Source: Desulfuromonadales bacterium (GTDB taxonomy: Bacteria; Desulfobacterota; Desulfuromonadia; Desulfuromonadales; SZUA-540). Taken from it: 64,000 nt of DNA. Of the stretch, positions 20,027-29,124 are shown piece by piece. The translations under genes were made by a program, and so were the position numbers. The stretch lies in NCBI GenBank assembly GCA_033549025.1, contig JAWSUS010000005.1, forward strand, positions 1 through 64,000, in the 5' to 3' direction. Within the stretch, counting starts at the first letter, position 1, and every line of letters starts with the position of its first letter. Below the pieces are notes generated by a model that saw only the letters and a program-made list of their open reading frames with translations, was not told the origin of the DNA and searched no databases.

Positions 20027-20743
20027 ATGAAAAGGCATAGTTTCTCTCTCGTCGCCATCCTCTGCCTCCTCGTTCTGGCTACGGGATGTACGGCCCAGGA
20101 AAAAGCACCTGAAATCAAAGAACTTAAAGATCTCAAAGCCAAGGTCAGCTACAGTATCGGTCTCGATATCGGACGTAATTTCAAGGCACAGGGTGTTGAA
20201 GTCGAGCCAGCCGTTCTTCTCAAAGGGATGCAGGACGCTCTCACCGACGCTCAGCCTATGCTGACCGACGAACAGATTCAGGAAACCATGACGGCTTTTC
20301 AGCAGCAGATGATGGAAAAGCAGCAGAAAATGGTCGAGGAACTGTCTGAAAAGAACAAGACCGAAGGCCAGGCCTTTCTGGCTGAAAATGCCAAAAAAGA
20401 GGGCGTTGTCAGTCTCCCGAGTGGTTTGCAGTACAAAATCGTCACTGAAGGAGAAGGAGCTTCTCCCAAGGCTGAAGATACGGTTACCGTTCACTATCGT
20501 GGAACTCTCGTCGATGGCACCGAATTTGACAGCTCCTACGGCAGAGGTGAGCCGGCGACGTTCCCCGTTAATGGCGTGATCCCCGGCTGGACCGAGGCCC
20601 TGCAGCTTATGAAAAAGGGCGCCAAGTACGAGTTGTATATCCCGGCGGAGCTCGCCTACGGGGAGCGTGGTGCCGGACCCGCCATCGGTCCCAACGCCAC
20701 GCTGGTTTTCGAGGTCGAACTGTTGGACATAGAGTCCAAGTAG
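20027..20743 (+). CDS. fkpA: FKBP-type peptidyl-prolyl isomerase (FkpA/Mip type), lipoprotein
   Basis: KVSYSIG, SGLQY, VHYRGTL..GTEFDSS, VIPGWTEALQLM and LAYG; lipobox LATGC. Confidence 0.92.
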   Translation: MKRHSFSLVAILCLLVLATGCTAQEKAPEIKELKDLKAKVSYSIGLDIGRNFKAQGVEVEPAVLLKGMQDALTDAQPMLTDEQIQETMTAFQQQMMEKQQKMVEELSEKNKTEGQAFLAENAKKEGVVSLPSGLQYKIVTEGEGASPKAEDTVTVHYRGTLVDGTEFDSSYGRGEPATFPVNGVIPGWTEALQLMKKGAKYELYIPAELAYGERGAGPAIGPNATLVFEVELLDIESK

Positions 20744-20763
20744 CACAACACGGTTTAATGCTG

Positions 20764-20805
20764 GCGGCCGCCAGGGCAACTCACCTGCCCTGGCGGCCTT
20801 TTGTT
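20764..20805 (+). terminator. Intrinsic terminator after fkpA
   Basis: GGCCGCCAGGGCA-loop-TGCCCTGGCGGCC-TTTTGTTT. Confidence 0.7.
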
Positions 20806-20888
20806 TTGATGGATGGGTACCACGACCATCCCAACCAAAGCCAAGAGAGCCAAGCCAAAGAAAACAGGCTCTCTGGAAAGGATTTTTT

Positions 20889-21317
20889 ATGGCAGCAGCA
20901 AAAAGTGGCGATACGATCAAAGTTCATTATGCCGGACGTCTTGACGACGGGACAGCCTTTGACAGCTCAAAAGGCGGCGAACCTCTCGGTCTGACCCTCG
21001 GGCAGGGCGATGTTATTCCCGGGTTTGATGAGGCCCTGGTCGGGATGGAGGTTGGCCAGAGCAAAACGGTCACCATCAGCGCCGAGCAGGCCTATGGGCC
21101 GCGCATTGACGAGCTGGTGATCGAGCTGGCTCGCAAAGACCTGCCGGCAGATCTTGACCTGACTCTGGGGCGCCAATTGGAAGTTACCCAGGAAGAGGGC
21201 GAGTCGTTCGTCGTTCAAGTCACCGATCTGACCGATGCGACCGTTACCCTCGACGCCAATCACCCTCTGGCCGGCAAGGATCTGACCTTCGATATCGAAT
21301 TGGTAGAAATTCTCTGA
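20889..21317 (+). CDS. FKBP-type PPIase with IF domain (SlyD/SlpA-like, no His-rich tail)
   Basis: VHYAGRLDDG..FDSS, AYG and DANHPLAGKDLTFDIE. Confidence 0.9.
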   Translation: MAAAKSGDTIKVHYAGRLDDGTAFDSSKGGEPLGLTLGQGDVIPGFDEALVGMEVGQSKTVTISAEQAYGPRIDELVIELARKDLPADLDLTLGRQLEVTQEEGESFVVQVTDLTDATVTLDANHPLAGKDLTFDIELVEIL

Positions 21318-21358
21318 TATTGTGCCTGTTTTTGAGGCCGATGTCGGCAAGATAAAGG

Positions 21359-21395
21359 AAAAAAAAGACCGGAGATTTCTTCGGTCTTTTTTTTT
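21359..21395 (+). terminator. Intrinsic terminator
   Basis: A-run-GACCGGAG/CTTCGGTC-T9. Confidence 0.75.
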
Positions 21396-21574
21396 GAGAT
21401 TCTATGCTAGGCTTATTCCAGAGGGCCTACCGGTGATGACGGGATCGACGGCGCTTTTTTTGCATAAGATCTTCGTGGCTGATCAATAGTCGCTAACCCC
21501 AAATGTATGCGCTGTGCCGCCGGCCAAAAGCCTTTGTCGGCGATCATCTTTGCTGCGATGTCGGGAGGAATACT

Positions 21575-22261
21575 GTGGAACGGAAGAAAATTTTACTCGC
21601 CCAGGTGCCGGAAATCGTCACTGCGATGGAACATTCCTTTTTTCATCGGGCGGGTTTCGATTTTCTGCTGGCCTCCGACCGGGCTACGGCCATGTCTCTG
21701 GTGGAAGAGGAAGATCCGGTTCTGGTCATTGTTGAGGCGGATTCCACTCTCCTCGACGGGGCCGAGCTCGGTCGGATGATCAAAAGCGATCCTTTTCTGC
21801 GCAATACCCACATCCTGCTGATTGTCAGCGAACAAGGGCGGGCCCAGCCAAAAAACGTTTGTGATGCGGTGATCGTTAAACCCTTCGAAGGAAAGGAGCT
21901 GGTAACGACGGCCTGCGATGTGCTGGGTATCGTCGATCCGGCTGCTCCGCGTAAAGATGTTGAGGTTCCTGTCCTGTGCGGCCGCGACGCTTCCCATCTG
22001 CGACCCGCCCACACCTTCAATCTCAGCACAGGCGGCGTTTTTGTTGAGACGGCCGATTTGCTTCCTGTCGATACGGCGGTGCTTCTTGAACTGTCCCTGC
22101 CGGCCGCAAGCCTGCTTTGTCGGGGGCGTGTTGCCTGGGTTAATCACCCGGAATGGATCAAGGCAAAGACACTGCCGATTGGCATGGGGATCGAATTTAC
22201 CGGCATGGCCGAAGAAGCGCGCTCCCAGCTTGCGGAACACCTCGACACCCTTCCCGAATAG
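21575..22261 (+). CDS. Receiver-like domain plus PilZ domain protein
   Basis: KKILLA..DPVLVIVE..DG.EL...IKSDP..ILLI..KP, then NLSTGGVF and GRVAW..GMGIEF. GTG start follows GGGAGG. Confidence 0.8.
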   Translation: MERKKILLAQVPEIVTAMEHSFFHRAGFDFLLASDRATAMSLVEEEDPVLVIVEADSTLLDGAELGRMIKSDPFLRNTHILLIVSEQGRAQPKNVCDAVIVKPFEGKELVTTACDVLGIVDPAAPRKDVEVPVLCGRDASHLRPAHTFNLSTGGVFVETADLLPVDTAVLLELSLPAASLLCRGRVAWVNHPEWIKAKTLPIGMGIEFTGMAEEARSQLAEHLDTLPE

Positions 22262-22317
22262 CAGGCAGTCATCTGGAAGATCTGTCCTGTGGCAGGGCTG
22301 AGATGTCAATCAAACCT

Positions 22318-22351
22318 AAAAAAGGCACCCTCATAAGAAGGTGCCTTTTTT
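22318..22351. terminator. Bidirectional intrinsic terminator
   Basis: A-run-GGCACC-loop-GGTGCC-T5. Confidence 0.75.
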
Positions 22352-22378
22352 GGTGGTGTTGCCGGTGAAAGGTGACAA

Positions 22379-22759
22379 TCAGGAGTCGGCCTTCCAGTGC
22401 CCATGCAGGTTGCAGTATTCTCGGGCTGTCACTTTGCTGGCGGTGATGGCGAAGGTCGCCTCGGGTTGGTCCCCGGGGTTCAGGAACTGACGATACACCT
22501 TGCCGTCGGCAATCAGCTCAATCCATTCAATATAGTGCTTCTCTTCCATGGGATGAGCGACGCTGCCAACCTTCACGGTAATAGAGTCCTGGCCGATTTC
22601 GATCACCGGGACATGTTTTTCCTTGGCGGCATCGACTGTATTTTCGGTCATGAGTTTCATGTTCTGGCCACAGCAGACCAAGTCGGCGCCGCCGCCATGC
22701 ATCACTTCAACAATATTTCCGCATACTTCACACTTGTACACTTCCAATCTCTTGGGCAT
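22379..22759 (-). CDS. dfx: Desulfoferrodoxin (2Fe superoxide reductase)
   Basis: [25 protein letters not shown]...HYIEWI and YCNLHGHW. Confidence 0.95.
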   Translation of the reverse strand: MPKRLEVYKCEVCGNIVEVMHGGGADLVCCGQNMKLMTENTVDAAKEKHVPVIEIGQDSITVKVGSVAHPMEEKHYIEWIELIADGKVYRQFLNPGDQPEATFAITASKVTAREYCNLHGHWKADS

Positions 22760-22774
22760 GTGCTCCTCCTTCAA

Positions 22775-23350
22775 TCAGTAGTTTTCGCCAAGCAGTTCAA
22801 AGTGAGCCTGCGGGTGGGCGCAAGCCGGGCATTTATCGGGGGCCTCGGTGCCTTCGTGGAGATAGCCGCAGTTGCGGCAACGCCAGACGACGGTTTCAGG
22901 CCGCTTAAAGACCCGACCGTTTTCAATGTTGGCGAGCAGGTCCAGATACCGTTTCTCGTGCTGCTTTTCGGCGACGGCAATGGCCATGAATACCTCGGCG
23001 ATCTCGTTGAAGCCTTCTTCCCTGGCTACTTTGGCGAAGTCGGGGTACATGGTGGTGTGCTCATAGTTTTCGCCGCCGGCCGCTTCCTGGAGGTTTTCCG
23101 CGGTGGTGCCGATCACGCCTGCCGGGAAGGACGCTGTGATTTCGACTTCACCCCCCTCAAGCATCTTGAAAAGGCGCTTGGCATGCTCTTTCTCCTGGTT
23201 GGCGGTCTCTTCGAAAATATCGGCTATCTGCACGAAACCTTCTTTTTTAGCCTGGGCGGAAAAGTAGGTGTAGCGATTGCGGGCCTGGCTTTCGCCGGCG
23301 AATGCGGTCAAAATGTTCTTTTCAGTTTGGGTGCCTTTCAATGAAGCCAT
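22775..23350 (-). CDS. rbr: Rubrerythrin
   Basis: [31 protein letters not shown] and CPACAHP. Confidence 0.96.
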   Translation of the reverse strand: MASLKGTQTEKNILTAFAGESQARNRYTYFSAQAKKEGFVQIADIFEETANQEKEHAKRLFKMLEGGEVEITASFPAGVIGTTAENLQEAAGGENYEHTTMYPDFAKVAREEGFNEIAEVFMAIAVAEKQHEKRYLDLLANIENGRVFKRPETVVWRCRNCGYLHEGTEAPDKCPACAHPQAHFELLGENY

Positions 23351-23476
23351 AACGTCTATCTCTCCTTTTGATGTGATATTTGGTGCCGTTTTCTGGCAAC
23401 AGATGAAACTATAACACGATCAGTCATAAATGCAACCGGGGTCAAAATGAATCTGTCGGCAGGGGTAAGTCGTCAC

Positions 23477-23854
23477 TCAGTGAGCAGATTCGTTTTGGCG
23501 CAAAAAGGCCATCTCCTTTTCAATTTTTTCGGCGTTTCCCGTATTCAGTTCAAGGAGTCGGCGCAGGTGACTCATCGTTTCGAGATCCATTTCGACAAAG
23601 CGGAAGCCGATGGTTTCCTGGTGAAAATGGATGGCTTGCGCTGTGAAATGCATCACGATGTCGCTGTTAAGCAGTGGGATGTCCAGTTGGCAGGTATCCT
23701 GGGGTTGCAGGGGCGGCAGGCGACCAAAGTGTAGAAGAGCCCCTTTGAGCGCGATGTCCTGCAAGTTGCCCGGGTAGGCCCGGTCGTTATGGGTGAGGGT
23801 GAGGTCGGCCGCGAAGGGGATGCGTCCGAAACGGCGTGGCGTGGTCATGGTCAT
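23477..23854 (-). CDS. Single-domain PilZ protein (c-di-GMP receptor, MapZ/PA4608-like)
   Basis: RRFGRIPF (RxxxR), DIALKGAL and HLRRLLELNTG. Confidence 0.85.
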   Translation of the reverse strand: MTMTTPRRFGRIPFAADLTLTHNDRAYPGNLQDIALKGALLHFGRLPPLQPQDTCQLDIPLLNSDIVMHFTAQAIHFHQETIGFRFVEMDLETMSHLRRLLELNTGNAEKIEKEMAFLRQNESAH

Positions 23855-23945
23855 ATCTCCTCAATGAAAGGGGGACCTCTTCAAGTATATAGAGAAAGTG
23901 ACCTGTTGCCAGTGTGACACGACGCTTTTTGTCGCTTATCAAGAA

Positions 23946-23976
23946 ACAGGGGCCACCTGCGAGCGGTGACCCCTGT
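23946..23976 (-). terminator. Terminator after the PEP-CTERM gene
   Basis: Minus strand ACAGGGGTCACC-loop-GGTGGCCCCTGT-TTCTT. Confidence 0.6.
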
Positions 23977-24006
23977 CGTGATTGTCTGTGCTGCGGACTG
24001 ACGATG

Positions 24007-24636
24007 CTATTTTCTCAGGCGCCTGTAAAGGGCCAGGCCCAAGATACCTGAGCCGAGCAGGAGCAGGGTACCGGGTTCGGGGACGGGCGGCGGCGCCTCG
24101 CCGTCTCGTACATAAATGCTGCCGAAATCCTCATAGCTGAAGCCAGCGATGTGGGCGGCGAAATTGCCGTTGCCGTTGCCGGCCGGATCGCCGGAGAGGA
24201 GGAAGAAGTTGTCCTCGGTTACGGCGGAAGTGTAGTCGATATCAAAGTTGAGGTAGAGGCTCCTGTTGCCGGGGTCGGCCAGTTCGACGTCAAAAACTCC
24301 GAAACCGGCGACATTATTGTTGATGAAATTGACATTCCAGGTGTCTGGGTCGAGATTGAGGAACATCCCTTCGGTGAGGCTGAGATCGGTATTGAAGTAA
24401 AACTTGTCCAGACCAAAATTGTCGCCGCCGTCAAGGAAGGCACTCAACCCGTCAGCCAGCTCAATCTCAAAATGGAAGATGCTGTCATCGGTACCGTCAA
24501 CATATCCCGTAACGGTGGCGTACTCCATAATTGGCATGCCAGGTTCGTTGGGGATGGTCAGGTCTACGACGAATGCCAGGGCGGAACTCCCCGTCATCAC
24601 CAAGGCTAATAGGGTTGTCAGCAGTATTTTTCTCAT
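24007..24636 (-). CDS. PEP-CTERM sorting-domain surface protein
   Basis: Signal peptide, acidic low-complexity body and C-terminal VPEPGTLLLLGSGILGLALYRRLRK. Confidence 0.93.
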   Translation of the reverse strand: MRKILLTTLLALVMTGSSALAFVVDLTIPNEPGMPIMEYATVTGYVDGTDDSIFHFEIELADGLSAFLDGGDNFGLDKFYFNTDLSLTEGMFLNLDPDTWNVNFINNNVAGFGVFDVELADPGNRSLYLNFDIDYTSAVTEDNFFLLSGDPAGNGNGNFAAHIAGFSYEDFGSIYVRDGEAPPPVPEPGTLLLLGSGILGLALYRRLRK

Positions 24637-24691
24637 GGCGGCCTCCTTTCGGCTCATCTTACGCTTATCCGGTCGTTTTGCTTTTTATTTG

Positions 24692-24707
24692 TGCAAACAA
24701 AGTGCCA
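24692..24707 (-). promoter_or_regulatory. sigma54 promoter of the PEP-CTERM gene
   Basis: Minus strand TGGCACTTTGTTTGCA, a near-consensus -24/-12 element. Confidence 0.8.
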
Positions 24708-24766
24708 GATGGGAAGTACTTGAAATAAGGACGAAAAATGGATTGTGGAAGTCGGAGAAAAATGAG

Positions 24767-24880
24767 TGTAAAAATACCCGACGCTAGGGGTGGCGTGCGA
24801 AGGTGCTTTGGGGGGGCATTTGGCGGGTTGCCTGAAAAAAGACGGGGTCCAGCCTGGTCGAATGTGTAAATAAAATCGAC
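24767..24880. promoter_or_regulatory. Two enhancer-like boxes TGTAAA-N6-CGAC upstream of the sigma54 promoter
   Basis: TGTAAAAATACCCGAC at 24767-24782 and TGTAAATAAAATCGAC at 24865-24880. Confidence 0.6.
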
Positions 24881-24897
24881 GTTTTTCCGGGAGAGGC

Positions 24898-25818
24898 CTA
24901 GAAGGAGCGAAGCTGCTCTTGTTCCAGTGTCGACAGGCGATCGACGTAGTCCATGATGCCTTTAAAGGTGTTGCCGAGAAAATAACGCTCTCTGGCCTGT
25001 ATATCGGTGGGGAGCTTTGACAGGTTGCTGAATATGGGGTCGTGGGCCAGAAGCCAGTTCATCAGCCTGGCCTCGCGTTCGTCGAGGTCGGAATGGATCG
25101 TTTCGACTGCGCCTCTCACCCATAACCTTAGTTGGTCTCGGCCGATCTGCAGATGCCTGGGAGCATCGTCAACCAGCCCGTGGTGGGCAAAAACCATGCG
25201 CTTAGGGGCCAGAGGCAGCATGCGGTCGATGGAGTCGAGCGCCACCTGCAGGATGAAACGAGGTGGTGTGGCCGGACGCATGTAGATGCCCCCGGCCACG
25301 TCGTTGCGCACCCCGGCTACCTCGCCGGCAAAAAGCAGATCGTCCACCAGGTAGCTGAGGTGATGCGCAGCATGTCCCGGTGTCTGGAACACCCGGATGG
25401 CGCCGCCGGCCAGGGTGTCGTCAAAATGGATTTTGTCTGCCGGCACGGCCCCTATCTCGCCGTAGGTTTCTGCCAGCGGGCCCAGCACCTTGCGGGAACC
25501 CTGCCAGAGTTTTTCGGGGGAGACCAGGTGGGGAATCCCCTCAGGATGGCAGATGACGCGGGCGTCGGGAAAGACCTGAAGAAGGGCTCCGGTGCCGCCA
25601 GCATGGTCGATATGGATATGGGTCAGTAGTACGTAGTCCAGATGGTTGACGCCGTGATGGTCGAGTCTCTCGAGCAGGGTAGGGATGGTTGAAAGAGGGC
25701 CGGGGTCAACCAGCAGGCTGGTGTCGCCGTCCCTGTAGAGCCAGGCACTGATGAACTGGCGGAAGCCTTCCAGGTGGGGCTGGTCAAGGTCGATGCAGTG
25801 AAGATGGGGCAGATTCAT
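24898..25818 (-). CDS. MBL-fold metallo-hydrolase
   Basis: VDPGP, THIHIDHAGG, TPGHAAHH and FAH. Confidence 0.9.
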   Translation of the reverse strand: MNLPHLHCIDLDQPHLEGFRQFISAWLYRDGDTSLLVDPGPLSTIPTLLERLDHHGVNHLDYVLLTHIHIDHAGGTGALLQVFPDARVICHPEGIPHLVSPEKLWQGSRKVLGPLAETYGEIGAVPADKIHFDDTLAGGAIRVFQTPGHAAHHLSYLVDDLLFAGEVAGVRNDVAGGIYMRPATPPRFILQVALDSIDRMLPLAPKRMVFAHHGLVDDAPRHLQIGRDQLRLWVRGAVETIHSDLDEREARLMNWLLAHDPIFSNLSKLPTDIQARERYFLGNTFKGIMDYVDRLSTLEQEQLRSF

Positions 25819-25862
25819 GCGATAGGCTCCGGCCGGTGCTGTCGAGAATCACAGCCAGGAAC

Positions 25863-25902
25863 AAAACAGGCACCTGCCGTACTGCGACAAGTGCCTGTTT
25901 TT
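25863..25902. terminator. Terminator downstream of tRNA-Thr
   Basis: AAAACAGGCAC...GTGCCTGTTTTT. Confidence 0.65.
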
Positions 25903-25908
25903 AATTCG

Positions 25909-25984
<76 letters not shown>

Positions 25985-26076
25985 GCAGCCATGAGGTTCA
26001 TCTATTTAGCGCAAATCAGCGGGGTTGTCAATCAGTTTTGGGCCGCCGTTCCGTTCGTCCGTGTCGGCGGCAGGGG

Positions 26077-27387
26077 TCATTCTTCCTGGTGGGCCGGTTC
26101 TTTGATCAGGCGGTGTTTGATGCGATGGGTCATCCCCCAGACCGCCAAGAGGACGACGGGCACCAGGGCTGCCTGTACGGTGGATTTGGAAAGCCCCAGG
26201 ACCTCCAGGGGCAGGGCGCCGAGGAGATAGCCGAGAAGTCCCACCATGTAGTAGCTGATCGCTACGACAGATAGGCCTTCAACTGTTTCCTGCAGTCGGA
26301 ACTGGAGGCGACTGCGGCGGTTCATGGCGCCGAGCAAGCCTTTGTTCTGTTCCTGCAGGGTGAGGTTGACCCGGGTGCGCAGCATGTCGCCTGCTCTCTC
26401 AATGCGGCGCGAAAGGTCTTCCATCCAGTTGCTGACCGATTCACAGGTACGCATCCCGGGATTCAGGCGCCGGCTCATGAATTCGGTCGCAGTCATGTGT
26501 CCCTCAATTTTGTTCTCCCGGATATTTCTCAACCGGGAGTGTACCAGCTCGTGATAGGCACGCGTGGCTGAGAAGCGATAGTTCGTCTCGGTCCGAAAGG
26601 TTTCGAGGCGCGTTGACAGCAGAGACAGATTCTGTAACAGGGAGCGCTCATCGACGGCACTGTCGCTGGCCTGAACCCGGGCCAGCAGGTCCGCCAGCGT
26701 GCGATCCATGTCATGAAGTTGAGTCGAAAGACGCTTGGCGAGCGGGATAGACAGCTGGGCCAGCAGGCGATAGGTTTCCAGTTCAATGATGCGCTGGACA
26801 AGACGGCCGGTCTGCTGGTCTGAACTGCCACGGTTCTGGACCAGGAAACGGCCGAAACCGTCAGTGTGCAGCCGGAAGGCGGTGCAGAAAAAGGCTTTGC
26901 CTTCCCGCGGAGCGCTGATAATGAGTTTGTGGCCCTCGAAGTAGCGCGTCAAATCCTCAGCCTCAATCGACAACGGACCGCCATCGACCACAACATGAAA
27001 AGCGGCAAGAGCCTCGCCCGGCAAAGCGGCCAGCCAGTCCGGCGGGATCAGCCCGATGGCAGGTTGGCGAAAGGGCTCCGGCCCGGCCTGTTCGCTGCGC
27101 AGGAAGGTCAGGGCGTAGAATTCCATGTGCCTCTCCCAGCGCAGCGTGAACTCGCCGAAGTCCTGCTGGTACGACCCGGTATCGGGCGGCGGCGGGTTGA
27201 CGCTGTAACGGCCGCAGAATTCACAAAGGCGGTCAAAGGCGTCGTTCAGTTCGTGAGGTCTCGCCATGAAGGCCAGATGGCTGATGACCTGTGGCGTGGT
27301 GATGACCTGGAAGGGACGGGCGTGGAGTTCGTTGTAGAGATCGTCTCTTTGGGGATAGATGGAGAAGGGCAGAGAAGCAGGGCTCAT
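26077..27387 (-). CDS. DUF3422-family membrane-anchored protein
   Basis: NELHARPF, LRWERHMEF, GRLVQRIIELETYR, RFSATRAY and LQETVEGLSVVAISYY. Confidence 0.85.
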   Translation of the reverse strand: MSPASLPFSIYPQRDDLYNELHARPFQVITTPQVISHLAFMARPHELNDAFDRLCEFCGRYSVNPPPPDTGSYQQDFGEFTLRWERHMEFYALTFLRSEQAGPEPFRQPAIGLIPPDWLAALPGEALAAFHVVVDGGPLSIEAEDLTRYFEGHKLIISAPREGKAFFCTAFRLHTDGFGRFLVQNRGSSDQQTGRLVQRIIELETYRLLAQLSIPLAKRLSTQLHDMDRTLADLLARVQASDSAVDERSLLQNLSLLSTRLETFRTETNYRFSATRAYHELVHSRLRNIRENKIEGHMTATEFMSRRLNPGMRTCESVSNWMEDLSRRIERAGDMLRTRVNLTLQEQNKGLLGAMNRRSRLQFRLQETVEGLSVVAISYYMVGLLGYLLGALPLEVLGLSKSTVQAALVPVVLLAVWGMTHRIKHRLIKEPAHQEE

Positions 27388-27493
27388 GGCAGTCAGTCCT
27401 CCAAATAGGATGCTAGAGGATAGCCCGCAGCAGGTAAGAGTGCAACCCTGTATACGGTAGAGACGAAGACAGAAGGGGGCTTGCGCTCAAAAA

Positions 27494-27525
27494 GAAAAGG
27501 CCTGTGGCGAACCACAGGCCTTTTC
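27494..27525 (-). terminator. Terminator after the cold-shock gene
   Basis: GAAAAGGCCTGTGG/CCACAGGCCTTTTC hairpin followed by a U-run on the minus strand. Confidence 0.8.
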
Positions 27526-27550
27526 ACATATCGATGCTGAAAGATCCGGT

Positions 27551-27751
27551 TTAGATCTTCCGCACGTTGGCCGACTGGGGGCCTTTCTGACCTTGGGTGA
27601 CGTCAAAAGTAACGCGGTCACCTTCGGCGAGAGACTTGAAGCCGTCGCCCTGAATTGCTGAGAAGTGAACGAATACATCGGGTCCGTTGTCCTGCTCGAT
27701 GAAACCAAAACCCTTTGCGTCATTGAACCATTTTACAGTGCCTTGTGCCAT
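27551..27751 (-). CDS. csp: Cold-shock protein (CspA family), 66 aa
   Basis: [34 protein letters not shown]. The true start at 27751 follows GGAG. Confidence 0.96.
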   Translation of the reverse strand: MAQGTVKWFNDAKGFGFIEQDNGPDVFVHFSAIQGDGFKSLAEGDRVTFDVTQGQKGPQSANVRKI

Positions 27752-27922
27752 TTTTTCTACTCCGTGTACCCCTTGGTGGGGACTTTGTGTTGTGCAAGCT
27801 CCGGTATCTGCTGAAAATAAAAAAACACAGAACCCAAGAAGGTCTGTGTCTTTTCTACCTGATCGACGCCATGTCAATCTATCGGGCAACAGAAAATAAA
27901 CAAAGCTTGCTTGATTGCGGTG

Positions 27923-27952
27923 ACCCTAGCATGAGCGAAATTTAAAAAGCAA
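27923..27952 (-). promoter_or_regulatory. Putative sigma70 promoter of csp (~165-nt leader)
   Basis: TTGCTT-N18-TAGGGT with an extended -10 TG. Confidence 0.45.
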
Positions 27953-28131
27953 GCATTTTTTTCTTTTTTTCATCGCACGGAATCTTTTGGCGGCGGCCGT
28001 CGTGATTTTCGGTTTGACAGGATCAAGGGCGTTGACGTATACACTCTGGCTTTGCGCCTGCATGAATACCCCTTGCCGGGGCGGTCTTCAGGTCGAGACC
28101 GCCGACCATTTTTTCAAGAGAGGAATTTGTC

Positions 28132-29013
28132 ATGATGAATCTGAAGCCTGAGGTTGTGGCTCAACTCGAGCGAGTGCTCGGCTCTGTGGAAATGCTTCTG
28201 CCCAAGGCGGTCAAGCCCGTCGACTGGTCGGCCTGCTATGCTGCCAACTGGCGCCGCCACTCTTTTTCAGGCTATCTCGAACCGGTCAAGGTGACGGACA
28301 ATACGACCCTCGGCGAGTTGCTTGGCGTTGAAGAGCAGAAGCAGATCATGATCAATAACACCCGACAGTTTCTCGCCGGTCTTCCCGCCAACAACGCTCT
28401 TCTGTGGGGCTCTCGCGGGACGGGAAAATCCTCTCTGGTCAAGGCACTGCTCAACGAGTACGCGCCGAAAGGGCTGCGGGTTATCCAGGTGGAGAAGGAA
28501 GATCTCATCTACCTATCCGAGATATTTTCCGCCGTTGAGAACGAGCCCTATCGTTTCATCCTCTTGTGCGACGACCTGACTTTTGAGGTGGGGGAACTCA
28601 GCTACAAGATGCTCAAGAGCGCCCTTGACGGCTCGGTCTATTCGGCCCCGGAAAACGTGCTGATCTACGTCACCTCCAACCGGCGTCATCTGCTGCCCGA
28701 ATACGAAGGCGATCACCTGGGCGGCAAGTATGTCAAGGGCGAGCTGCAGCAGAGCGAGGCCATGGAGGAAAAGGTCTCCCTTTCCGACCGCTTCGGTCTC
28801 TGGGTGGCCTTTCACGTCTTCTCGCAGGACCGCTATCTCGACGCGGTGCGCCTGTGCATTGAGCGCGAGGCGCGTAAACGACAGGTAGAGATCCCCTGGA
28901 CCCGCGAAGTGCAGCAGGAGGCCATCCAGTGGTCCCATGACAAAAGCAAGCGCTGCGGCCGCACGGCCTTTCAGTTCTCCAAAAATTACGTGGGACGTTA
29001 TCTTCTTAAATAA
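28132..29013 (+). CDS. DUF815-family AAA+ ATPase
   Basis: PANNALLWGSRGTGKSSL, CDDLTFE, TSNRRHL and EEKVSLSDRFGLW. Confidence 0.9.
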   Translation: MMNLKPEVVAQLERVLGSVEMLLPKAVKPVDWSACYAANWRRHSFSGYLEPVKVTDNTTLGELLGVEEQKQIMINNTRQFLAGLPANNALLWGSRGTGKSSLVKALLNEYAPKGLRVIQVEKEDLIYLSEIFSAVENEPYRFILLCDDLTFEVGELSYKMLKSALDGSVYSAPENVLIYVTSNRRHLLPEYEGDHLGGKYVKGELQQSEAMEEKVSLSDRFGLWVAFHVFSQDRYLDAVRLCIEREARKRQVEIPWTREVQQEAIQWSHDKSKRCGRTAFQFSKNYVGRYLLK

Positions 29014-29124
29014 AAGAGACGTTTCGGTAAATATTGATACAACCAACAGATGGCCAGCAGTTTCACACTGCTGGCCATCTGTCGTTCAGGGCCGAAAAAA
29101 GAAATTATGACCCAGGCCTGCCGG

